A DNA stretch of 64,000 nucleotides from Octopus bimaculoides (taxonomy: Eukaryota), in assembly GCF_001194135.2 (NCBI RefSeq), contig NC_068989.1:43652218-43716217 (forward strand), in the 5' to 3' direction. Both the position numbers and the translations under genes were made by a program. Below, piece after piece: positions 1 to 12,420 of the stretch (position 1 is its first letter; each line of letters starts with the position of its first letter). The notes under the pieces are model-generated. The model searched no databases. It worked only from the letters and a program-made list of their open reading frames with translations, and was not told where the DNA came from.

Positions 1-338
1 ATTCATCCAAACTTTCAAGATCCAACCTCAGATTTATCATCGCATTGTCTCTCTACTACCTCTGTCAAATGAATCACCAAAATTGGCCTTTCATTATTTA
101 TAATCTATACCTGTTTGTTTGGTTACGAAATAAAATACACAAAACGTGTTTCTGAATTACGTGTATTTACTTTATATACATATGAGTTGAAAACTTTCTT
201 CTAACATTCCACTTAATGTCTATGTTCCATGCTGGCATGGATTGGAGAGTTATTAATGTAGAAATATGGTATCGTAGCTACTAACAGTTGAGGGTTGCGT
301 AGTCTAGACAGCGTTTTTAGATTTCATTATTCTCTTTA

Positions 339-367
339 ACCCGGGCAACGCCGGGTATTTCTGCTAG
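339..367 (+). mobile_element. Helitron-type 3' terminus (GC hairpin followed by CTAG)
   Basis: ACCCGG-GCAACG-CCGGGT hairpin (339-356), then 7 nt, then CTAG (364-367), the standard Helitron 3' signature. The next base is G rather than the usual T. The 5' extent is not determinable. Confidence 0.55.
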
Positions 368-372
368 GAGTC

Positions 373-1397
373 TATATAAATGACATTTCAAGCATCATAA
401 AACACAGCAAAGAGAAGATATTTGCTGATGACTCCAAACTCCTGAAAATTATCAATGGAGAAGAAGACTGAACTGAACTCCAGTCTGATCTACATGCTGT
501 AAGTCAATGGGCAGACAAAAACAGAATGCAACTAAACGAAAGAAAATTTGAACTGATACATTTTGGAAGAAAAACTATGCTAAAATAACCATATTCTCTT
601 CCTTCAGGGGAACCACTCACAGTATCTAATAATATCAGAGACCTAGGAATAATTGTTGACAACAATCTCAGCTGGAGTGCCCACGTCAACAATAAGGTCG
701 ATATAACTCTTAGGATGAGCTCCTGGATCCTAAGAACTTTCTGGTCCAGAGAACAAGGTGCCATCATTCCTCTTTTCTCCTCCTTTGTACGACCACACCT
801 CTAATATGCTGCCCCCTGTGGTCTCCCCATACAAAACAAAACATTTTGAAAATTGAATCACTGCAAAAGGCATTCCCTGAAAGAATTAAGGGCATGACTG
901 ATCTCAATTATTGGGACCGCCTTAAAGCATTGAAACTCTATTCTCTCCAGTGCCACGGTGAGTGATACATCATTTGCATGATGTGGAGAATATACCACTG
1001 GCATTGCCCAAACGACCTCAACATTAGTTTCAGAATTCATCCAAGGCTAGGACCACAGGCCGTATGTCCCCTACCCAATTTAGAATCACAACATATAAAT
1101 ACACTGCAACACAATTTCTTTTCCTTGACAGGCCCTGCCCTATTTAACATTGTCCCAAAACAGATCAAAGAGGAAAAGGATCCCATTACCTTTAAACAGA
1201 ACTTGGACAAATTTCTTCAAGGAATGCCAGATAAGCCACTTATACCTGAATACAACTCACTCAACAAGAACTCCCGCCTTGAATGGGTCATGATACCACA
1301 AAACTTCACTTAAAAAGGATTTAGCAAATCCTATCAGATGGTGCTAGTAAGTTAGACATGGCCTAGATCAATCTTGGTCAAAACATATCAAAGTTAT
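373..1397 (+). mobile_element. CR1-clade LINE, 5'-truncated 3' part of ORF2 (RT C-terminus), with stops/frameshifts
   Basis: Hand translation from 373 gives YINDISSIIKHSKEKIFADDSKLLK...LQSDLHAVSQWADKNRMQLNERKFELIHFG...IRDLGIIVDNNLSWSAHV...FVRPHL. ORF 978-1313 continues NFFSLTGPALFNIVPKQIKEEKDPITFKQNLDKFL. These are typical RT (FADD) and C-terminal CR1 motifs. The 3' end coordinate is approximate. Confidence 0.9.
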
Positions 1398-1616
1398 GCA
1401 CTAGCTAGGACTTTTTTCAATTTGCTTGGCTGAAGGAGGATCTTTTAGCTTCCATACCTACCTACTCCAAATTGACTTGCATTTTTAAGCCCTTCAAGTT
1501 CTTAGTCTAATGCTACCAATCATTCGTTTATGTTACACATACATACATACAGGCACACATACAAACATGATCAATATATATGTGTTATATATATATATAT
1601 ATGTGCGTGTGTATAT

Positions 1617-1822
1617 TTACTCTTTTACTTGTTTCAGTCATTTGGCTGTGGCCATGCTGGAGCACCGCCTTTAGTCGAGCTAATCGATCCTAGGACTTAT
1701 TCTTTGTAAACCTAGTACTTACTCTATCGGTCTCTTTTTGCCGAACCACTAAGTTACAGGGACGTAAACACACCAGCATCGGTTGTCATGCGATGGTGGG
1801 GGGGACAAACACAGACACATAA

Positions 1823-1830
<8 letters not shown>
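1617..1830 (-). mobile_element. SINE-type repeat (family 1, representative copy)
   Basis: cttttacttgtttcagtcatt...ggccatgctggagcaccgcc...ctaagttacagggacgtaaacacaccagc...ggggacaaacacagacac(AC)n. Related copies at ~10485-10710, ~36295-36470, ~44720-44860 and ~61550-61780. Confidence 0.75.
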
Positions 1831-1857
<27 letters not shown>

Positions 1858-2923
1858 CAATTAAAATTTACAGAAAACAAAAGATGAAGACAAGCGAGGG
1901 AACAACAAGCAGGTGTATTAGTTTGATGCTCTAGAAGAATGGAAAAGTCTTTGATGTTACGAGCCTATACTCTTTGACAGAAAGGATTGAGAGGAAAAAA
2001 ATGGAGAGAAAACAAAAAACAGAGAGAGGTATAAAATGAGTAGGGATTAACGGTTCAACATAATGAAATACACATACACACACATATATATCATTGCTAT
2101 TATGCAAAAGTATCTAAAGTCCAAAACGTTGCATGTTCAGAAAACGAAAAAAATAGTTTCACCATTCCATTTTTTTTACATTGGCAACAGTTTCAGCTTA
2201 ACAATAATACTTTGTTGAGAGCATAAAAGTCATAACTCCATACATGTATGATACTTTCAGTCAGAAATATTTTTACAAAACTGTCACGTGTAGGACTTAC
2301 TACACTTTTGAAAAATGCTAAACCATTGACAACACAGTGACAATTTTCATATCTTGGCATGTGAAGCAGCTGGAGGACCTGCTATTGCAAGCAAAATTAA
2401 ATATTGAAAGAAAATGCATTTGGTCAAATTTGGACAAACAACAGTTTAACATAAGAGCAACGAGATATATATATATATATATGTGCATATATATATATAT
2501 ATACATATATCAGCTGTAAGATTAAACTTCTGTTCATCCTCTAATTCCTTATGTACTTTGTACTTCTATATGTAAACCATGTTGGCAAAATAACATAGTC
2601 TGCCATGGACACCTGTGCTTTGGTTCTTTCTTTCTTTTTCTTTTCTTCCTTTTTTGGGCACTTTTGCTATGAATTAAATTAATGAATTCAACGGGATACA
2701 CCGTCTGCAAGTAGTCGGGTTCAGCATATTATCCTCCATTTTCTAATTGTTACACAAATTTTGGGTAAAACCTCCACTTTTACACGCTCCCATTGATTGC
2801 ACCTAGTATAGCACTAGTGTAGCAATAATNNNNNNNNNNNNNNNNNNNNNNNNNNNNNNNNNNNNNNNNNNNNNNNNNNNNNNNNNNNNNNNNNNNNNNN
2901 NNNNNNNNNNNNNNNNNNNNNNN

Positions 2924-2960
<37 letters not shown>

Positions 2961-4469
2961 TATGTCAATATGCATACAAGTACTTGATATACTACTCAAT
3001 GCATCACTGTATTAGAAGTGTGTAGTGTCAGATAAGTGCTTGTAAAATGTGAGGCAAACAAGATTATACACTTAAATGACATTTTAGATGATTGTACATA
3101 TATCAATGATTGAGAACCTTGGTGTACACAATCAATAAAAAGTTGCTCAGATGAAGCTTTGGCTCAAATATGCTATCCTGTTTAGCTAATGCATTGTACA
3201 TCTACACACATGTACACACATGCATGTGTATGAATACATGGATGCATAGAGAAAAATCTGCAGCATGTTTATATATTTTCATTCTGCAAATGTCAAAGAA
3301 AATTAGTTCAGAAAACACACACACACGCGACGCGCACGCACACACACACACACACATCACCATCATCATTATTTTAATGTCCACTTTTCATGGTTGCAAG
3401 GGGCAGATGGAATTTGTTGAAGCAGATTTTTCTATGGTCAGATGCTCTCCCTGTCACCAACCCTCACCTGTTTTCTGTAAGGTAACATTGCCCCAAGTCC
3501 AGATACATTCTCATAAAAAATTGGAAAGGAAAAATACCAATGCATGACAATAGCATTCTTCTATAACTCTCATATGAACCTAAGGCAAGGAGATAGAAAC
3601 ACACACACACACACAAAATGGGCTTATTTCAGTTTCCAACTACCTAATCCACTCACAAGGTTTTGGTTGGCCTAAGGCTAAAGTAGAAAACACCTGCTCA
3701 ATATGCCATGCAATGGGACTGAACCTAAAATCACATGGTTGGGAAGCAAACATTTTACAACATAGGCACAGTTAAGAAAATTGCTTTATATGTGGTTGTG
3801 AGTGGATTTGGTATTTCGACACTCAAGTGGTGTGTGTGTGTGTGTGTGTGTGAGGGAGAGTATGCATATGTATATGTGTTCTGCGTGTGTTCATATCTGT
3901 GTTTGTTTACATTTTCACATCTCCAAGAATCACTGAGCAGTGACATTGTTGTTATTTCTCCTGTCAACAAATCATCTACTGGCCTTGCACCTTTGAATAT
4001 TCTGTATTTCATAAACAAGCAAGGCTTAGCAATAGGAAGAGCATTTGGTTTTAAAACAATGCTTTAACAATAAGTCTAACCCATACTATCATGGAAAAAA
4101 TGAGCATAAAAACTAACAAATGATTATATATGAATATAGTAATCACACACACATACAGATTCAAGAATGGCAGTGTGATATGAAGTTTGCATTCCAACCA
4201 CATGGTTCCAGGTTCAGTACCACTGCACCTGAAGCGAGTGTCTTTTACTATACAACCATGCCAACCAAAGCTTTGTGAATAGATTTGATAGCTGGAAACT
4301 GAAAGGAGCCATAGTATAAGTATATGTACATAAATATGTATGTGGGAGGGGAGGAGTGCGCGTTATGTGATCGATGCAAACAAGTGTCACTATCATGCAA
4401 GCCATGTCCTTCATTTTCATTCTTCCATAACCACATGTGTGGTTATGGGGAAATATTATTGTACTTGGA

Positions 4470-4808
4470 AACAGGTGAAGGTTGTAGACAGGAAGAGCAT
4501 CTAGCCATAGAGAAAAATTCCATCCAACCCATGCACACATGGGTAAGTGGATGTTAAAACAAAGATAATAATGATGCTGATTTTGATAATGATGATGATG
4601 ACGATGATGATTGCCAACAGGAAAGGCATCCAAGCCACAGAGAAAATTCCATACAACCCATGCTCGCATGGAAAATGGACTGTGAAGCGATGACGATGAC
4701 AATGATGATGATGATGATGATGAAGGTTGGTGACAGAATGGCATAGAAAAAAATTTCATCTGACCCATGCATACAAAGAAAAGCAGACATTAAAAAGATA
4801 ACAATTAA

Positions 4809-4839
<31 letters not shown>

Positions 4840-4850
4840 CTGATGATGAT
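4470..4850 (+). mobile_element. Three head-to-tail truncated copies of a retroposon 3' end with (GAT)n tails (RTE-type assignment tentative)
   Basis: Three units each end ...ccaacccatgc...gga...ttaa...(GAT)n (4470-4600, 4610-4720, 4725-4850). The same 3' end recurs many times in both orientations, e.g. ~3360, 12740, 19770, 20570, 27560, 29700, 30340, 48020. Confidence 0.65.
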
Positions 4851-6182
4851 ATATGTATATAACAAATATAAAGAGAGAGTTTGAATTTTGAACAATTGTG
4901 ACGTCATAGGAAAAAAAATATTTTTTTCTATTTTGTCCAGCTGAAAAAAATATATAAAATGAAAGAGAGAGAGAGAAAGGGTCAAGCTTCATCCCTGGTC
5001 TACAGCCATTATATGTTACTCAACAATACAAATCATTTTACTAACTCTCACCACCGTTTCACACTAAATTAAAAAAACAAAAAAAAACAAAGTAAAATAA
5101 CTGTCGTTAACAATCTAGTCTAATGGATCTTCCTTCAAAACTAGACTCAAAACAGCCTGATTAATTTATTAATTACAACAAGTTTGTAATAAATTAATCA
5201 TAAGAAAACGTCTATAATGAATAAATCTATAGAACAAGCTTTACGTTTGATTGTGAGTCATCAAACTATTTTTATGCTCACTGAATCTACCTGACATATT
5301 TCTACTGCAACTATAATAATAATCTGGACATAGAAAATGGGTTGGGGGGAGAAAAAAAATGCTTGATACAATGTGTATGTGCATGATTGCATGCATGTGT
5401 GTGCAGGCAAACGTGTGTAGTTAAGACATTGTAATCGAGCAGTTTCAGGTTCAGTCTCACTGCGTAGCACATTGGGCAAGTGTCTTCCGCTATTATAGCC
5501 TCAGGCCAGCCAAAGCCATGTGAGTGGTAGACAGAGACTGAAAAAATCCTTTTATAAATATCATCATAATCATCATCATCATCATAATTTCAAAGTCTAT
5601 TTTTCCATGCTTGTGTGGGTCGGGCAGAATTTATTGAGACAGATCTTCAACCCCCACCTGTTTCCAAGACAGCTGATATTTCCTTGAGGTCATTGCATGT
5701 TTCCACAGAAAATCAGACACAAAAGACAAGGAGATAAAACACGCATGCACATCCATCCATCCATCCATCCATCCATCCATACATACATACATACATAAAG
5801 ACCTCTTTCAGTTAAAAATGACCAAGGGATTGCACCTAGAAAGTGTCCCTCCAAGGGACAAGTCTGGGCAAAGTTCTTTGTAGGAAACCAGCTCGCCCAT
5901 GCATACCTGCCTCCTATCTCCATGCCACTGATGTTGTCCAAGGGAAAGGTGAAGGCTGCTGTAGCTTGGCACCAATGACGTCACAACTTATTTCTGCAGC
6001 TGAGTGAACTGGAGCAATGTGAAATAAAATGTCTGGCTCAAGAATACAAGCCCAATCGGGAATCGAACTTACAACCTTACAATTGTAAGCCCAACATTCT
6101 AACCACTCAGCCATGTGCTTTCACTAACATTTACATATATATATACACACACACATATATATATACACATACATATATATAT

Positions 6183-6237
<55 letters not shown>

Positions 6238-6522
6238 TACACCAACATAGAACAAGCTGCTTTCAGTTTCCTGCTTGGTTACTAGCATAATAAAGGTGAG
6301 TAAAGTTTACCTAGTAGTTACAATAGCTGCACCTATATCTATCGAGTTATGCCTACCAATAATCTATTTTGAAATGAACAAACAATTGAGCCCAAAACCT
6401 ATTCTATAACACTGTTCTGTTTTTTAAAAATATTTTTGATACCTTTCTCCTTTCATTGAGCAGATTAGATCAGTAAGTAAATGTAAGTGGATATGCATGT
6501 TGAGAGCTGTGTGTGTGTGTGT

Positions 6523-6621
<99 letters not shown>

Positions 6622-8524
6622 TGTGTATGTGTTAGAGAAAGAGAGTGTACATGTGTGCATGTGCGTGTGTATGTTTGAATGCAAGTGTGGGAGCATATAT
6701 ATATATAGTTAGATCCAAGTCTCCTTGTGTGTTCACATATCTGTATTCATGCAGCATGTGCCTTATTTTCAGCCTTAATGTCAGAATGAATTCTGGGATT
6801 AAAGACCTAAAATAAAAACTGCTTCTTACATAAAAAAACCGCACAAAAACTATAACAATTACAATTATACTCATCAAAAGTAATAATAATAACAATAATC
6901 ATAACAAGAGCACTCAGAGAGCACAAACCTCCACCAAGGCAACCCCAATGTCCTCTCAACAATTAGCTGGAGATGATTTTTAAAATGTAAATATCTGAAA
7001 TAAGCTTGACTGCTCTCACTAACGAGAATACTAGAAAATGAACCTGACTGCTCTAAAAAAATTAAGTAAAATACAGGAAAAATAATTTAGAATCCTTCTC
7101 CAGTGCCAAATCGATCCCAAAATGTAATCAGTTCATGCCGATCATGAGGCCAAATATCCCAGAAAGTTTCATCAACATCCATCCAGCGGTTCTTGAGATA
7201 TCTTGTCCATGGACGAACAAACATGACTGAGGCAGAGGTAATAATAATGATGATGATAATGGTTGTGGTGGTGGTTTCAAAAAGTTTGAAAACCCCTGCA
7301 CTGTACCATCATTCAAAAGGCATTACTGTTATATTCAGATCAACCATGGCTTCAGTCACCTTAAGAACTGAGCCAACCACGTTTAAAAACAGTTTCCCAA
7401 AGATACTACTGTCTGCTATGAATCATAAAACTAAACATGGCTGTTATTAATTAGGTTATGTAAATATGTAGACATATGTTCCTATTTGTCAATGTAACCA
7501 CAATTTACTGTAGAAATATTATTTATGAAATGTAATTATACTTACGTGTGCTGCTTTATTGTGTATATATTAAAATAGGCTGTTAATGTGATATGATATC
7601 TATTATTTATCATTAATGTTTTAATTTCTTTTGTTCCAACAATTTAGGAAACAATTTGTACTTAGAATAATGAGCTGAAGTGAATAAGCTGGATTGGCAA
7701 ACTCTTGCTTTTTTCTCTCTAACAAAATTCTATTCAGTCCCAACAAAAATTAAAAGCTAAATATCCATGAGTTATTTTGTTTCTAGCTTTTCAAGCCAAG
7801 TTTACTCTTTATGAGAGAGGAGGAGGGGGGAGACAGACAGAGATGGGGGAAAGGAGGAGGGAGGGAGAGAAACTTTTTTTTTAATGAAATAAATAATCAA
7901 AGAACAATAATTAAAAGTCACCGCTGATTTAATAAAAATAATTAATAAGGATATTTAAATCAAGACGTTTTGAATAAAATATGAAAGCTTTCATTTCATC
8001 CTATACAAAATTCAATTTCTAACATAGTCAGTTGAGCTAAAAAGAAACAAAATGAAGGTCATTGATTTTTATTAAAATTCCTGGGCTGAAGCTGCTGATA
8101 TTAGGCATGAGATTTTAAAGTCAACTGACCTTGTCAAATACAAGATAAAAATGCAAGTATTCAATGTGAAAGGCATTGATTTAATGAAAGGGTCCTAGCT
8201 GACAGAACAAATATGACTAAATATACAGTTCTTTGCATACAGCAAGGGATTTCCTTTAGATGAAGATCACTAGAAAATAATAATAGCAGATACAAGAACA
8301 ACTATAGAAATAAATGTAATATGAAAATACAGAATGTCAAATAAAAGAAAAATGGAAATGATCATGCCTATTGCAGAGCTTAACTGTCGACTTAACTTTT
8401 TCATTAATCACTGTACCTAAAATAGGATATGGTTGCTATATTTCTATTGTTTATATCAGTATTAATTTTGTCAAGTCAATAATAAAAGTCATGAAAAGAT
8501 ATGAGAGGATGAAGAATACTTTCA

Positions 8525-8745
8525 CCCTTTAGTGTTCAGATTACTCTGTTAAATGTAATACTTTTTCACTCAAATTGTTTTGAATTTAATCATGCATTAT
8601 CTTATAGCTTTGAGGTTTCAGTGATGTGATTATTTATTTTTAGAATGTCAATGTAGGTTAGGTGTGAGAGGCTAGATATCGCCAGTTTGAATATAAAACA
8701 GGTAGGATATCTGGGCCAGATATGGCCGGTTTAAACACTAAAGGG
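8525..8745. mobile_element. piggyBac-type MITE, copy A (221 bp)
   Basis: Termini CCCTTTAGTGTT...AACACTAAAGGG. Flanks are TTCA (8521-8524) and TTAA (8746-8749), i.e. a TTAA target with one substitution. Homologous along its length to 15436-15655 in the opposite orientation. Confidence 0.75.
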
Positions 8746-8829
8746 TTAACTTTTATAGCAGATGTACTGACAACAGTCAGTCTTATATCATATACTAATA
8801 AGAGTCAAATACCACAATACAAGATATAT

Positions 8830-9245
8830 TAGTCACAGTGGAATTACTGTTTGATAGCCATGGTGAAAACATGTTCAATGGTCACAGTGGAAACATTGAT
8901 TAATGGTTAGTGGAAACAATGCTAGATGGTCACAGTAAAAAATATTTTTGTCACAGTGGAAACATTATTTAGCAGTCACAGTGGACATACTGTTTGATGG
9001 TGAGTGGAAACACTGTTTAATAGTCACAGAGGAAACACTGATAGTCATAGTGGAAACATCATTTAATAGTCACCATGAAAATATTGTTTGATGGTCACAG
9101 TGGAAACTATTTGTTAGTCACTGTGAAAATGCTTGATGGTTACAGTGGAAATATGTCTGATGGTAACAGCAGAAATATGTTTGATGCTCACAGTGAAAGT
9201 ATTATTTAATGGTGATAATGGAAACATTATTTAATGGTCACTCAA
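8830..9245. repeat. Degenerate ~24-25 bp tandem repeat, about 17 units
   Basis: CACAGTGGAAAC-like motif recurs at 8834, 8859, 8883, 8908, 8931, 8953, 8977, 9001, 9025... Approximate consensus GTCACAGTGGAAACATTGTTTGATG. Confidence 0.8.
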
Positions 9246-9881
9246 AGATAAACATAAAAACCAATCGAGACGCCAAAAGAAAACAAACTCTACAATGGAA
9301 TTTTTTAATTCATAAAAGTCCTATCTGCTCTGAACTGCAACTGGTTACGAGACTATCTTAGAGTCTTCAGCAGTGGGGTATTGAAATGGTTTCATGTTTG
9401 GTTCTTACAAGAGATTTGGTAACGGAAAGCAATAATGATGCTGTCGAAACGTTCATGCTTTTTGTAACTACACTAACAACACAAACAAGAGAAATAGCTA
9501 AAGCTGGGATGTGGAAATAGATTACAATTATTTCTCAAGCTTGCCAGGAGCTTTTGCTCTCTGTGACATTCACCACTAGAAAGATTAACAAGCTTTAACT
9601 TCTGTAATGTATTGCAATTTCTGTCTTTCTTACTCATACACACACACACAATGGTAGAACACCTGTCATGTTTACAGATGTGGGTTCAAATCCCACTGGC
9701 AGCCTTCAACATTTTCTATCAAAGACATTTTTAACCCAATGTTTACACACTATTATTTATAGTTTTATGTGCATCAAGATCCACTGTTACAAAAAAAAAA
9801 AAAGGAAGAAAAAAGAATTATTTAAGATTCTCTCAACGTTTATACATTTTTATGACATCAAATAAATGCACGCATACATAC

Positions 9882-9924
<43 letters not shown>

Positions 9925-11886
9925 CACACACACACATACAGATATAGACACAATTATATTACATATGAAATATAAAAGTGTGGTAGGTGGAATGCTATTT
10001 TTCACACATTCCATTACTTAACAAGACATGTGAATAAGAAAGCAACAGACACCCTGAAACATGATGCTGGCAAGTCTAAGAAAACGGTAAAAGTTCTTTT
10101 GTTATTGCAAAGCTTTGTTTCCTTGCAATATAGATATAGTGCTGCAACTTTTTGATCTCCATACACATCAATGAAAAGGTTTTTTTTTTTCTTTTTACCT
10201 CTTTCTCAATGTGATAATCTAGGTTAATGGTAATAAGTAAGTAGCCGCATGTCTTGAAAAAGTATGGGGAAGGAGTGAGAGGTAACTGAGTGTTCTTTCT
10301 ACCCTTTGATCAATCTCACTACAAGCATACCTTAACTTTGCCATTACCACCTCCACTACCTCCACCTTCATCTTCTCCTCCACCATTGTCCTCCTCCTCA
10401 ATTAGTACTTTATATAAACTCATAGTCTATTAAAAAAATATTTATTGTTGTCATTTATAAAATTGATCTTTTATCTTTTATCTTTTCCTTGTTTCAATCA
10501 TTAGATTGCAGCCATGTTGGGGCACAGCCTTGAAGAATGTTTAGTCGAATGAATCAATTCTGGTACGTATTCTTTTGTTAAACCTGGTACTTATTCCATC
10601 AACCTCCTTTTGCCAAACTGTTAAGTTATGGGGACATAAACACACTAATACCAGTGTCAAGTGGGGGGTGGGGGACAGACACATACACAAAAACACACAC
10701 ACACATGACAAGCTTCTTTCTGTCTACCAAGGCTTTCGTTGGCCTGAGGCTATAGTGGAAGACACTTGCCCAAGGCGCCATACAGTGGGACTGAACTCGG
10801 AACCATGTGGTTGGGAAGTAAGCCTTTTTCATTAACAATTTGCCTTTTACCACACAGCCACACCTGCACTCAATTGTTTTTTTTTTAATGTCACTATAAT
10901 TGAAATTAAACAGGATATTTTAAACATTTTGGTGTCTTCATCAAAATGGATAAAGTTTCAGAGTACCAGCTTATAGGTCTTTAATTCAAATCATAGCACA
11001 CAGGTTTGTTATGTCTCTGAACAGGATGCTTAAATTTATGCACCACAATTCACCAAGATATCAGGAACAGGTTACAGATCATCAGACAGGAAAATTTACA
11101 TCTTATCTCTTTAACATCATGAAATCAGATCCAAAAGTAAAAGCCTTTATGAACACTTCTGGCCTTTGTACACATCAATAAGTTTACAAGTTAATATATA
11201 TACACAGGTCATCTATTGTATGTATGAACTAGACATTCTCTGATAATCTCTCTTGGTGATTAGCTTGTTGGGCAAAAACTGGATTTTCTCTTCAGGGCAG
11301 ACAAATTCTTCATTCAGCTCACAACTGCTAACCTTTTATATGAAACATAATCATTTATCACACTGAGAACTGTATCTGCTTACAAAACCAGTTCAGTCTC
11401 TACATGCATGTCAGTTGTAGATCACATACAAGTAAAATGGGCTATTAGTTTGCCTGACAAGCTAAATAACCCAGTGTGGTCTTAAGGCATGGGCATATTA
11501 GGGTGTTGTCTGGGGCCTCACAGAAGAAATGCCACCAAACATTTTGTCCAATATGCTAAAGTTCCTACCAGCTTGCTGCCTTGTCATCATTGGCAGCAAT
11601 GACAATAACGACAATTTCTAACATAGACACAAGGCAATAAAAATTTGTTGAAGGATGTAGTAAATTAAATTGACCCCAGTACTTCACTGGCACTTATTTT
11701 ATAAACCCTAGACAAATGAAAGACAAAGTTGATTATGGTAGAATTTGAACTTCATATGCAAAGGAACCGAAAATATAAATGCAATATTTTGCCCAAGAAC
11801 TCTACCAATCATTCTCCCTTGATAACAACAGGAACAAAAATTTTGCCAATGTATGACTTGAAATAAGTGAAATAAAGCTTACTTAC

Positions 11887-12072
11887 CACTTTCAATAGAA
11901 TAACATGCTCTTGGAATGTTCCAACAAGGCCGAGAATGGCATTGATGAAGATAATGAGACCAACAGAAAGCAGCAAGGCTACAGGTAGGGACATGAGGTT
12001 ATTAAGGGCACCATACTTCCGACGTTCCACCTCAGCCCAAACACCGATGATCAACAATGTAATTCCAACAAA
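11887..12072 (-). CDS. TSPAN15: Internal coding exon (186 nt, phase 0/0) of a tetraspanin, TSPAN15-like; covers TM1 end, small extracellular loop, TM2 and small intracellular loop
   Basis: Minus strand: ttttctttttaaatcttccAG|TTT GTT GGA...AAA GTG|GTAAGT. Translation FVGITLLIIGVWAEVERRKYGALNNLMSLPVALLLSVGLIIFINAILGLVGTFQEHVILLKV (62 aa). It aligns without gaps to the human TSPAN15 segment as I recall it ([20 protein letters not shown]...LRDNLYLLQA), sharing G..AEVER.KY. The tetraspanin call is strong; orthology is from memory and unverified. Confidence 0.85.
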
Positions 12073-12379
12073 CTGGAAGATTTAAAAAGAAAAGAAAACA
12101 ATAAATAAATAAATATATAAATTCAAAAAACTTTATTAAAAAAATATGTATACCATACAGGGTGCATTTATTTATAAAAAAAAAACAATAAAAACAGACA
12201 GTGTCCCAGAAAAATCAACAAAAGTCAGGGCTAAGATTACTGGCAAAGCAAAGGTTCTAGAAAGAGCCTGCCAAAAAAGTTCAGAAACATTTGATCATTA
12301 TAAACAAATCATGTATACAAGTTGTTCAGCAAGGAATTGTTGACCACTCATATGTCATTTACAACAGGAGTGTCAGCCA

Positions 12380-12420
<41 letters not shown>

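Noticed and set aside
6487-6696. ORFs of VC/HT/YI/ER/II repeats here and throughout the track
   Set aside because: Translations of dinucleotide and trinucleotide microsatellites.
9340-9460. CTGAAGA/GTAAC (-) and CGAAACGTT (+) partial hammerhead-like strings
   Set aside because: The core halves are not correctly spaced by a closing stem II and there is no stem I.
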